Positions 43,901 through 50,856 of a stretch of DNA of 64,000 bases are shown one piece after another (the stretch's first letter is position 1; every line of letters begins with the position of its first letter). The notes under the pieces are model-generated. The model was not told where the DNA came from and ran no database searches. It saw only the letters and a list, made by a program, of their open reading frames with translations. Made by a program: the position numbers and the translations under genes. The DNA comes from Alphaproteobacteria bacterium (GTDB taxonomy: Bacteria > Pseudomonadota > Alphaproteobacteria > Thalassobaculales > Thalassobaculaceae), in the NCBI GenBank assembly GCA_024742275.1, contig JANSYS010000013.1, positions 27,704 through 91,703 on the forward strand, in the 5' to 3' direction.

Positions 43901-44890
43901 CTGACGGAAACGATCACGGTGCGAGAAGGTCGCCAGGCCTACAAATTCTGGAAAACCAGTCTCTTCCCAGCTCTTCACGCGATTTGGGAATCATATCGAT
44001 TCCTCCAGAAGACTGTATTCATCGACGGCGGAACCGTACGCTTGCCGGCCAACACCAACCATCAGCCGATCCGTTCGAACGATCTGGCGTCCGTAAGACC
44101 GGTGATCGTCGGTAGGGTTTCCGCCTACTCTGATGGACGCCTTGCGTCGGCGCTGCAGCTAGTACCCAGTAGTGACACCGAAGTCATCGACCTCCAGTCG
44201 AGAGCAGTCTATCGCCTCGAGAAGGACACGCTGTCACCGGTTGCCCAAGTCGGCGATTTCCTTCTCACCAGACTGGATCAGAAGACGACACACCGAAACT
44301 TAGTGATCGAGGACCGGGGGGATCATCTGATCGCCCGAAGACTGCTGGAAGACGACGGCAATAAGGGGTTCGCGGTGATGAGTGCCGCGTCCTCCAATCC
44401 GAAGGAGACGCAGAAAGCGGTCGTATCGCGCATGGAGGGTGCACGGCGTTTCAAGATTGCCGGCATCCTTTTCGCTTCCCAGACCCTTGCCGCAGGAGCC
44501 CTCGTCGACGGTCAGACCGAGGCCACCGCGTTGGACGCAACGGACCCAGCCGTGCAAACTTTGGTCGCCGGCACCGAGGTGTTCGAAGTCCAGGGGTCCA
44601 GTGCCGAGCCATTGGCGCTGAATGGTCAGTTTCTTCTCGCGAAGCCACCGTCACGGGACCTGTCGCGATCGATAGCGGATCTCGACGGAAAGCCGGTTAT
44701 CGCGGAGACGACAGACGGCGACGCCTACTTCAAGAGGCTCCGCAAGATCGCGGACAACATGGTCGCGCTCGAAAGCCTGGATAAGACCGGTCTTGAGAGT
44801 CTGATCGTACTGGAACTTGAGGAAGTGGTAGGCCGACCAGGCTTGCGACAACTGCGTGAGGTCGTCGGCGTCGTTTTCGACAGGGCTTGA
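40985..44890 (+). CDS. 1301-aa Rad50/RloC-like ABC-type ATPase with a coiled-coil CxxC hook and two C-terminal LexA/cI-like (peptidase S24-like) domains
   Basis: GTG start with GGAGA 7 nt upstream. Walker A GQNGSGKSS (aa 132-140), CPLC at aa 474-477 inside the coiled coil, Walker B PLVMLDDPQ (aa 797-805) and TTHG. C-terminal patterns are GDFLL..LIARRL..IAGILF and VQGSSAEP..GQFLLA..YFKRL..VVGVVF. Confidence 0.85.
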   Translation: MTREEIESTLLRGGAVPVGDSSGGEILLAEPNARRAASVLFEQLRGASADELRNDDDFFEALETAFLAEDDKDTKSPASPEDPSGLVRGPTSQPSKVWRLKLIETQGFGGLNAVSGDTFRFEVAGRDFCIEGQNGSGKSSLTNAVLFAMTGQIHRDQFGLVDAKRCEPVAADNGKTIAEWPPIAIYPEDWGIDRPDVDVQVTLTFTCGDDDCTAIRRLHGAPDNLADDHNIAPELTGVRTLIDAGLLMPMRVQHIRMANPNDNQSLLALIRQLIGLDPLIHVAELATSLGHGGQRFRKYAKDKDIGGRVERINKLLEGANEVLSEQDPDLGIEMEVDGTTPVAEEDLRLLQEAAERVEKLQADGFEDLRKLAFDEFDPANTEHQARVSQAVADLATGVEDLRKPANAPAILRDLRVLSSNVSDGHIDRLLTALSKARQDLEDAEIWAEKQETDARLRLKAIAAPHFQDCEDPLCPLCEQPLKIPQHTTLLTDLKVLTKDAEAAQTRLEDACRRILDDIVRARDEAVPEAFRKVQRFRAKEEFRAHVAAMLFGDNDAADTLPGLKERADGILQAVIGPLEEFEFGENVPEPENAPSRIRWIVDHLDDVCSAAQNWTDETRQPYRDAWSGLFAEAEENTAPLSLTTEIGALQRTIASIVPYRTAGKKLEDVIKEIAEYNAIVKRQILRDAIAKSLSPLRELMMLVNRTTQQTINDVSGLVEQVHAEIYNSEALLYDKTDVKETRNKQSLSFRGRLGKDQDWTIDAAVLANTSWMRGILWSFVFAIRQRAIESAGGCPFPLVMLDDPQITFDTRNQKGWVKWLGLSDGLRKDHPVHIVITTHGHEFAQEMQASKGVTMGAIETARRPGAPAQLVLADFAEIRFQQMEELNSDPKARELISAIRVLAETLLRFALSAIDPKRVERKDANIGRLVEEIAQSRQNGEAPFTDGVFERLIKLKDGNTIRFSELSEPHHKLTETITVREGRQAYKFWKTSLFPALHAIWESYRFLQKTVFIDGGTVRLPANTNHQPIRSNDLASVRPVIVGRVSAYSDGRLASALQLVPSSDTEVIDLQSRAVYRLEKDTLSPVAQVGDFLLTRLDQKTTHRNLVIEDRGDHLIARRLLEDDGNKGFAVMSAASSNPKETQKAVVSRMEGARRFKIAGILFASQTLAAGALVDGQTEATALDATDPAVQTLVAGTEVFEVQGSSAEPLALNGQFLLAKPPSRDLSRSIADLDGKPVIAETTDGDAYFKRLRKIADNMVALESLDKTGLESLIVLELEEVVGRPGLRQLREVVGVVFDRA

Positions 44891-45079
44891 ATATTGATCA
44901 GTTTGTTCCTCTGAGATCATTCGTACGTTCACCTTGGGCCGAACGTTCCTAAAGCATCGGACGTCCGCTTTGGGTCGACGGCAGATCGCCAGCATTCGAT
45001 GGATCGCCGATTGCCAACGTCGTTCCATCGGTTCTCAATGGTGCCGTGGGGGAGGTCGTTCCTATTGGAGGAAACGACT

Positions 45080-45718
45080 ATGCTTCCTGATACCAGCCTT
45101 TCAGAGACATCAGCTGTTCGCCCGGCACCCTGGAACAAGGGCCGTCTGGTCGGTCAGAAGCGTCCGCTGAAGCCCAAGGATGTCTGGGGCATCCGTGTGC
45201 GCCTTGAGATCAGCGGCAGCAAGCGGGATCTGGCACTGTTCAATCTGGCGATCGACAGCAAGCTGCGCGGATGCGACCTGGTCAGCTTGAAAGTGGAGGA
45301 CGTCCAGGTCAGCGGCCGTATTCGCGAACGGACCACGGTCCTCCAGCAGAAGACCGGACGCCCGGTTCAGTTCGAACTGACTGAGCCGACACGCAAGTCG
45401 GTCGAGGCATGGATCGACCATGCCGGCAGGCGTCCTGGCGACTACCTCTTCCCGAGCCGATGGAGGCTCAGTCCCCATCTGTCGCCACGACAGTATGCCC
45501 GGATCGTTCATACCTGGGTGGAGAGTGCCGGGCTCGACAGTTCGGCCTACGGGACCCACACGATGCGACGCACGAAAGCGGCCCAGATCTACCGCAAGAC
45601 CGGAAATCTGCGGGCCGTCCAGTTGCTGCTCGGCCATACAAAGCTTGAGAGCACCGTGCGGTATCTCGGCATCGAAGTGGACGATGCCCTGACGATCTCC
45701 GAGCAGATCGAGCTGTAG
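45080..45718 (+). CDS. Short tyrosine-type recombinase/integrase (212 aa)
   Basis: ATG at 45080 with a GGAGGA SD. Motifs RGCDLVSLKV, HTMRRTKA (HxxR) and LLGHTKLESTVRYLG (H..Y). Confidence 0.85.
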   Translation: MLPDTSLSETSAVRPAPWNKGRLVGQKRPLKPKDVWGIRVRLEISGSKRDLALFNLAIDSKLRGCDLVSLKVEDVQVSGRIRERTTVLQQKTGRPVQFELTEPTRKSVEAWIDHAGRRPGDYLFPSRWRLSPHLSPRQYARIVHTWVESAGLDSSAYGTHTMRRTKAAQIYRKTGNLRAVQLLLGHTKLESTVRYLGIEVDDALTISEQIEL

Positions 45719-45749
45719 GGCTGACGCGGGTCCTCCTGGCGGTCGCCTG

Positions 45750-46070
45750 TCAGTGGGCGGCCGCCAGCGGCCTAATGCTGCCTTCGATATCGCTTTTCTT
45801 CTCGCGGGCGGCACTGTCGAGCTCGTACCGAGCCTGGAGGTTCATCCAGAACTCGGCAGAGGTGCCGAAATAGCGCGCGAACCTCAAGGCCGTGTCGGCG
45901 GAGATCGCCCGCTCACCATGGAGAATGGCTGTGATCCGGTTCTTCGGCACGTGGAGGTCCTTCGACAGCCTGTAGGCCGACACTCCCAGGGGTTCCAGGA
46001 ACTCCTCGCGCAAGATGACGCCAGGATGCTCCAGGGGAATTGCTGCACCTGGTCTCTCTTCCAAGCTCAT
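45750..46070 (-). CDS. higA: HigA-family antitoxin (XRE HTH)
   Basis: HPGVILREEFLEPLGVSAYRLSKDLHVPKNRITAILHGERAISADTALRFARYFGTSAEFWMNLQ. Confidence 0.88.
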   Translation of the reverse strand: MSLEERPGAAIPLEHPGVILREEFLEPLGVSAYRLSKDLHVPKNRITAILHGERAISADTALRFARYFGTSAEFWMNLQARYELDSAAREKKSDIEGSIRPLAAAH

Positions 46071-46080
46071 GCTTCCCTCC

Positions 46081-46362
46081 TCAGTGATAGTCGACTAACT
46101 CGACATTCTCGGCACCGCCATCGGACCATCTGAAGCAAATCCGGTATTGGTCGTTGACCCGGACGCTGTACTGACCTTCGCGATCTCCCGAGAGCTTCTC
46201 CAACCGGTTCCCCGGCGGAACGCGAAGGTCTTCGACATCCCGGGCCGCATCGATCATCAGCAGCTTCCGCCGCGCCCGGCGCTGGATGTCGGGCCCGAAG
46301 CCGCGGACATAGGTCCCTTCGAAAACCGTGCGAGTGGCCGCGTCCCGGAAGCTTCTAATCAT
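46081..46362 (-). CDS. higB: HigB-family toxin (RelE/ParE superfamily, 'plasmid maintenance system killer')
   Basis: MIRSFRDAATRTVFEG...PPGNRLEKLSGDREGQYSVRVNDQYRICFRW; located upstream of higA. Confidence 0.88.
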   Translation of the reverse strand: MIRSFRDAATRTVFEGTYVRGFGPDIQRRARRKLLMIDAARDVEDLRVPPGNRLEKLSGDREGQYSVRVNDQYRICFRWSDGGAENVELVDYH

Positions 46363-46557
46363 CGATAGTTATGTAGTGCGTAACCAGCGCCGTGGCAAGC
46401 AGCGAGCGCTGTGGAGAGCAATTGAACTGAGCGACCGCTTTGAAGCGGCGCGTCAGCAAGGGCGAACGTCCGCAATGGGTCGGACCCCACGATCTGCGCG
46501 GCATAGACATAGTGAATGCTTAGGAATCCCTAACTTTCCGTGGCAGCTTCACCCTGG

Positions 46558-46578
46558 TATTGCGACTCATTTTCATTT
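46558..46578 (+). promoter_or_regulatory. Candidate Fur-box-like operator upstream of the ECF sigma gene
   Basis: TGCGACTCATTTTCA (46561..46575) matches 11 of 15 positions of the TGATAATCATTATCA core by eye. Confidence 0.3.
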
Positions 46579-46628
46579 AGAGACGAGCCGAGTACCCTCT
46601 TCACCGGTTTCCGTCGCCGCGCGCGCAC

Positions 46629-46648
46629 CTATCCCATCCGAGTTCTAT
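46629..46648. repeat. Right copy of an imperfect direct repeat (candidate attR)
   Basis: CTATCCCATCCGAGTTCTAT, matching 31691..31716. It abuts and overlaps the ATG of the sigma gene. Confidence 0.35.
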
Positions 46649-47192
46649 GACGGCACATCGCGATCCTGCGGAGCTTTTCGTCGAGCATCGAGCGGATCTG
46701 GTGAAATACGCCACGCGGATCCTCGGTTCCCGCAGCAGTGCCGAGGACGTGGTGCAGGAGGCCTATCTGCGCTTCGCCCGCCACGCCGATGGCGGGGAGG
46801 CGCTCGGCGCGCGGGGCGACCGGATCCTGGAGCCGGTGCGCTACCTGTACCGGATCGTACGAAACCTCGCCTATGACTGGGGCCGGCGGCCGAGCATGCC
46901 GCTGGTCGGCGACCTGGATGACGGGCTGCTCGCCCGGGCCGCCAGCACCGTGACCAGCCCGGAGGAGAACCTGCGCTGGCGCCAGGATCTCGGCCGAGTC
47001 GAGCGGGCGCTGGACAGCCTGCCGGACCGCACCCGCCAAGCCTTCGAGATGCACCGGCTGGGCGGCTTGCCGCTAAAGGAGATCGCCGCCCGGCTCGACA
47101 TCTCGGTGACCCGAACCCACCAGCTCGTCAAGACCGCCCTCACCGTCTGCGCCGAGCAGCTCGAAGACGAGGCCGGTGAGGATGGCCGGTGA
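46647..47192 (+). CDS. ECF (FecI-like, iron-starvation) RNA polymerase sigma-70 family factor
   Basis: Region 2 (EDVVQEAYLRFAR...YLYRIVRNLAYDW) and region 4 (LPDRTRQAFEMHRLGGLPLKEIAARLDISVTRTHQLV). Confidence 0.88.
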   Translation: MTAHRDPAELFVEHRADLVKYATRILGSRSSAEDVVQEAYLRFARHADGGEALGARGDRILEPVRYLYRIVRNLAYDWGRRPSMPLVGDLDDGLLARAASTVTSPEENLRWRQDLGRVERALDSLPDRTRQAFEMHRLGGLPLKEIAARLDISVTRTHQLVKTALTVCAEQLEDEAGEDGR

Positions 47193-47283
47193 AAATAGAG
47201 GGTGAAAAACCGGGCGCCCCGCTCGTCATGAAGATTAGGCGCGCCGCATCCGGCCCGCTGCCGCTCCCGACAGGGGCGGTTCC

Positions 47284-48282
47284 GTGACACGCGAAGAGTC
47301 CTCGATGGAGAACGGACGGCTGCAGCGGGATCCCGTCTGGGACCAGGCGCTGGACTGGCTTCTGGCGGTGCAGGAGCGACCGCAGGACGTCCGGCTGCGC
47401 ACCGAGCTGGAGACTTGGCTGGCTGCCGATCCCCGTCACCGGGCCGCCTATGACAAGGCGCAGCGGGTCTGGACCCTCACCGGCGATGTCGCCCCAATCC
47501 CCGAAACGCAGGAAGCTCCCGGGAGCGGCACCGTCGTTCCCTTCAAACCCCGGCGTCCGGTGCGCCGTCGCGCGCTTGCCGCCGGAACGCTGGCCGCCTG
47601 CCTGGCCTTCCTGGTCCTGCTCGGTCCGGTGCAGCAGCTACTCGACGGGGCCGACCTGTCCTCGCCCACCGGCGAGCTGGTCGCCAGCCCCCAGCCCGAC
47701 GGCAGCGTCATCATCCTGAACGCCGACAGCGCCATCCGCACCGACTTCACCGGCACCCGCCGCCAGGTCGTGCTGGTCGAGGGCGAGGCGTTCTTCCAGG
47801 TCACCCGCGACAAGACCCGGCCCTTTGCCGTCCAGGCTGCCGACACGGTGGTCACGGTCACCGGCACCGCCTTCGGCACCCGGCTCGGTGCCGACGACGT
47901 TATGGTCGAGGTCGAGGAAGGATCGGTCGCCGTCGCCACTCCCGGCCGCCCCGAGCCGGTTCGGCTGACACCCGGCGCTCGGCTCTCCGTCGACCGGACC
48001 ACGGGTGCGGTGCGGGTGACCGCCGTCCCCACCAGCCATATCGCCGCGTGGCGCCGCCATCTGCTGATCGCCGAAGGCGAACGTCTGGGCGACGTGCTCG
48101 ATCGCATCCGACCGCATTACAGCGGCGCGATCCTCACCACCGATACCGCCTTGCTGGACCGGCCGGTCAGTGGCGTCTTCGACCTGCGCCGGCCGCGGGA
48201 GGCCCTGCGGGCGGCAGCGACCGCTCGTGCCGCCTCGGTCTACGAGATCACACCCCTGCTGGCCGTCGTGGTGGCCGACTGA
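47284..48282 (+). CDS. FecR-family anti-sigma / transmembrane sensor
   Basis: N-terminal anti-sigma region (DQALDWLLAVQERP), a single TM helix and a periplasmic FecR domain. GTG at 47284, or ATG at 47305. Confidence 0.85.
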   Translation: MTREESSMENGRLQRDPVWDQALDWLLAVQERPQDVRLRTELETWLAADPRHRAAYDKAQRVWTLTGDVAPIPETQEAPGSGTVVPFKPRRPVRRRALAAGTLAACLAFLVLLGPVQQLLDGADLSSPTGELVASPQPDGSVIILNADSAIRTDFTGTRRQVVLVEGEAFFQVTRDKTRPFAVQAADTVVTVTGTAFGTRLGADDVMVEVEEGSVAVATPGRPEPVRLTPGARLSVDRTTGAVRVTAVPTSHIAAWRRHLLIAEGERLGDVLDRIRPHYSGAILTTDTALLDRPVSGVFDLRRPREALRAAATARAASVYEITPLLAVVVAD

Positions 48283-48392
48283 GACCACTTGGCAAAAAAA
48301 TATTTCCCACCCCCTGAAAAACCAGGATCGGGCCTCGTCGTCATTATTGCGAATGGATCGCATTTGCAGTTTGCCCGCCTGCGGGCTGCCGA

Positions 48393-50849
48393 TTGACGAT
48401 GAGGGGACTGAAGACGATGACATTGCGGGATCGGGGTCCGGCACGGGCCGGCAACAGGCGGGTCTGCCGCGCAGCACTGAACGGGGCGCTCGCGGCGAGC
48501 GTTGCCTCTCTCATCGCCGGCTCGGCTCTGGCGGAGGGTACGGTGACCACTAGCCTCCCTGCAGCGAAGCAGCTCGCCCAGGCGGAGACGAGGAGCTTCG
48601 ATATCCCGGCAAAGCCGCTGGAGCAGGCGCTGATCGATTTCGGTCAGCAGGCGGGTTTACAAGTGTCCTTCGACCCGGCGCTGACCGAGGGCCTGAACTC
48701 CAACGCCGTCAGCGGCACCCTCACACCGGACCTCGCCCTGCGCCAGCTCCTGTCGGGGCTCCCGATCACCGCCAGCTTCAGCGGCGCCAACACGGTGACC
48801 CTGAGCCGGTTGAGCTCGGATTCCAGCGCGATTCTGCTCGGCGCGGTCGTGGTGCAAGGCGAAGGCCAGACGGCGACCGGCCCTATCGACGGTTATGTCG
48901 CCACCCGCAGCGGCAGCGTGTCCAAGACCGACACGCCGATCATCGAGACCCCGCGCGCGGTCTCGGTGGTAACCGCCGACGCGATCAGCGACCGCAAGAC
49001 CATCAGCGTCGAGGATAGCCTGCGCTATGTCCCCGGCGTCCAGGTCAACGGCTATGGCAACGACCCGCGCTTCGACCAGATCAAGGTTCGTGGCTTCACG
49101 GTTACCAGCACAGCCGATTTCCGCGACGGGCTCCGCCAGACCAACACCGGGTGGCTGTCGTATTTTCACACCGAGCCCTACGCGTTGGAACGTATCGACG
49201 TCGTGAAAGGTCCGAACTCGGTACTGTTTGGTCAGTCAAGCCCGGGCGGTATGGTCAACCGCGTCACCAAGCGGCCGACCGAGGACACCCGCGGCGAGGT
49301 CGAGGTCCAGCTCGGCACCGACGAGCATCGCCAGGGCCAGTTCGACCTCTCCGGTCCGGTGACCGAAGACGAAAAACTGCTCTACCGCTTCGTCGGCGTG
49401 CTCCGCGAGAGCGAGTCCGAGCTTATCGGAGTCAATAACGACGTCCAGTTCATCGCACCCTCGGCCACCTGGAAACCCACCGAGAAGCTAAGTCTCACGT
49501 TTCTCGGCGAGGCCCAGCATTTCGAGACCGCCGGCTCGGCCCGTCCTTACCAGTACGCCTCGGGAGAGCTCAGCCACTTTTGGGCCGGTGACGAGGATTT
49601 CGACGGTCTGAAGCAGACCCAGTACATCGCCGGCTATGAAGGCCGCTACGAGTTCAACGAGGTCTTCGCCCTGCGCCAGAACTTCCGCTACGGCACGGTT
49701 GAGACGGAGAACCAGTACCTCTCCAGCTCGATGACCGGCGACGGCCGCACGCTCTCGCGCACGACCTACGGCGTCTATGAGGACATGGACAACCTCTCGG
49801 TCGACACCGCCGGCGAGGCCCGCTTCACAACCGGCGAAGTCGAGCACACGGTGATGATCGGCATCGACTACTCGAAAATCGACGCCAATGTTCAGTACGC
49901 CTACGGCACCGGGCCGAGCATCGACATGCTGAACCCGGACTATCATCAGGACGTCTCCCGTCCGGGCACGATCCTGGTCGACCAGAGCATCGACGCCCAC
50001 CAGCTCGGCTTTTACGCCAGCGAACAGTTCGAATGGGGCCGCTGGCGGTTCAGCGGCGGCCTGCGGCATGACCGGGCCGAGAGGGAGACCACCGACAACC
50101 TGACCGGCGGCATCAGCGACGGCGAGAACAGCGCCACCACCGGCAGCGCCGGCCTGCTGTACCTGTTCGACAGCGGCTTCGCGCCCTATGCCAGCTACGC
50201 CACCTCCTTCACTCCGGATTTCGGCACCGACATCAACGGCGAGTCCTTCGAGCCGACCGAGGGCGAGCAGTACGAGATCGGCCTGAAGTACCAGCCCCCG
50301 GGCCGCGATAGCATCTACACGATGAGCTTTTACAACCTGGTTGAAACCAACCGGAAGACGCAGGACCCCGACAATATCGCCAATAGCATCCAGACCGGTG
50401 AGCAGCGATCGCGTGGCCTGGAGCTCGAGGCGGCGATGAAGCTGACGGAGAATTTCGATCTGGTGGCCGGCTACTCCTACATCGACGCCGAGATCACCAA
50501 GAGCAACAACGGCGACGAGGGCAACGTGCCGGTCGGCGTGGCCGGGCACATGGCCTCCGCCTGGGGTAACTACACCTTCACCTCCGGAAAGCTCGCCGGG
50601 TTGGAGGTCGGGGGCGGCGCGCGCTACGTGGGCGAGACCTATGACGACAGCGCCAACACCAACAAGAACGATGCCGTCGCCATGTTCGACGCCCGGGTCA
50701 GCTACGATCTGGACATGCTCGCTCCGGGCGCGTCGATCGGCGTTTCCGCCACCAACCTGACCGACGAGGAGCACATCACCTGCGAGAGCGGCTACTGCTA
50801 CCGCGGCCGCGGACGCGTGGTGATCGGCAGCCTGACCTACCGGTGGTGA
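48393..50849 (+). CDS. TonB-dependent siderophore receptor with an N-terminal STN signalling domain (FecA/FpvA-type transducer)
   Basis: STN domain (FDIPAKPLEQALIDFGQQAGLQVSF), plug (ETPRAVSVVT), beta-barrel and terminal aromatic ...LTYRW. Start is uncertain (48393 TTG, 48399 or 48417 ATG). Confidence 0.9.
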   Translation: MTMRGLKTMTLRDRGPARAGNRRVCRAALNGALAASVASLIAGSALAEGTVTTSLPAAKQLAQAETRSFDIPAKPLEQALIDFGQQAGLQVSFDPALTEGLNSNAVSGTLTPDLALRQLLSGLPITASFSGANTVTLSRLSSDSSAILLGAVVVQGEGQTATGPIDGYVATRSGSVSKTDTPIIETPRAVSVVTADAISDRKTISVEDSLRYVPGVQVNGYGNDPRFDQIKVRGFTVTSTADFRDGLRQTNTGWLSYFHTEPYALERIDVVKGPNSVLFGQSSPGGMVNRVTKRPTEDTRGEVEVQLGTDEHRQGQFDLSGPVTEDEKLLYRFVGVLRESESELIGVNNDVQFIAPSATWKPTEKLSLTFLGEAQHFETAGSARPYQYASGELSHFWAGDEDFDGLKQTQYIAGYEGRYEFNEVFALRQNFRYGTVETENQYLSSSMTGDGRTLSRTTYGVYEDMDNLSVDTAGEARFTTGEVEHTVMIGIDYSKIDANVQYAYGTGPSIDMLNPDYHQDVSRPGTILVDQSIDAHQLGFYASEQFEWGRWRFSGGLRHDRAERETTDNLTGGISDGENSATTGSAGLLYLFDSGFAPYASYATSFTPDFGTDINGESFEPTEGEQYEIGLKYQPPGRDSIYTMSFYNLVETNRKTQDPDNIANSIQTGEQRSRGLELEAAMKLTENFDLVAGYSYIDAEITKSNNGDEGNVPVGVAGHMASAWGNYTFTSGKLAGLEVGGGARYVGETYDDSANTNKNDAVAMFDARVSYDLDMLAPGASIGVSATNLTDEEHITCESGYCYRGRGRVVIGSLTYRW

Positions 50850-50856
50850 GCGGCTG

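Larger units (their letters stand above)
31691..46648. mobile_element. Integrative genomic island of about 15 kb, possibly composite with two tyrosine recombinases; boundaries are tentative
   Basis: Integrase, excisionase-like, Rep-like and HGGxSTG genes, cargo, a second recombinase and higBA. G+C is lower in sampled lines. Imperfect direct repeats lie at 31691..31716 and 46629..46648. Confidence 0.6.

Noticed and set aside
45020-45045. Alternative attR candidate (CCATCGGTTCTCAAT) upstream of the short recombinase
   Set aside because: Only about 10 of 14 positions match the left repeat, clearly weaker than the match at 46629..46648.
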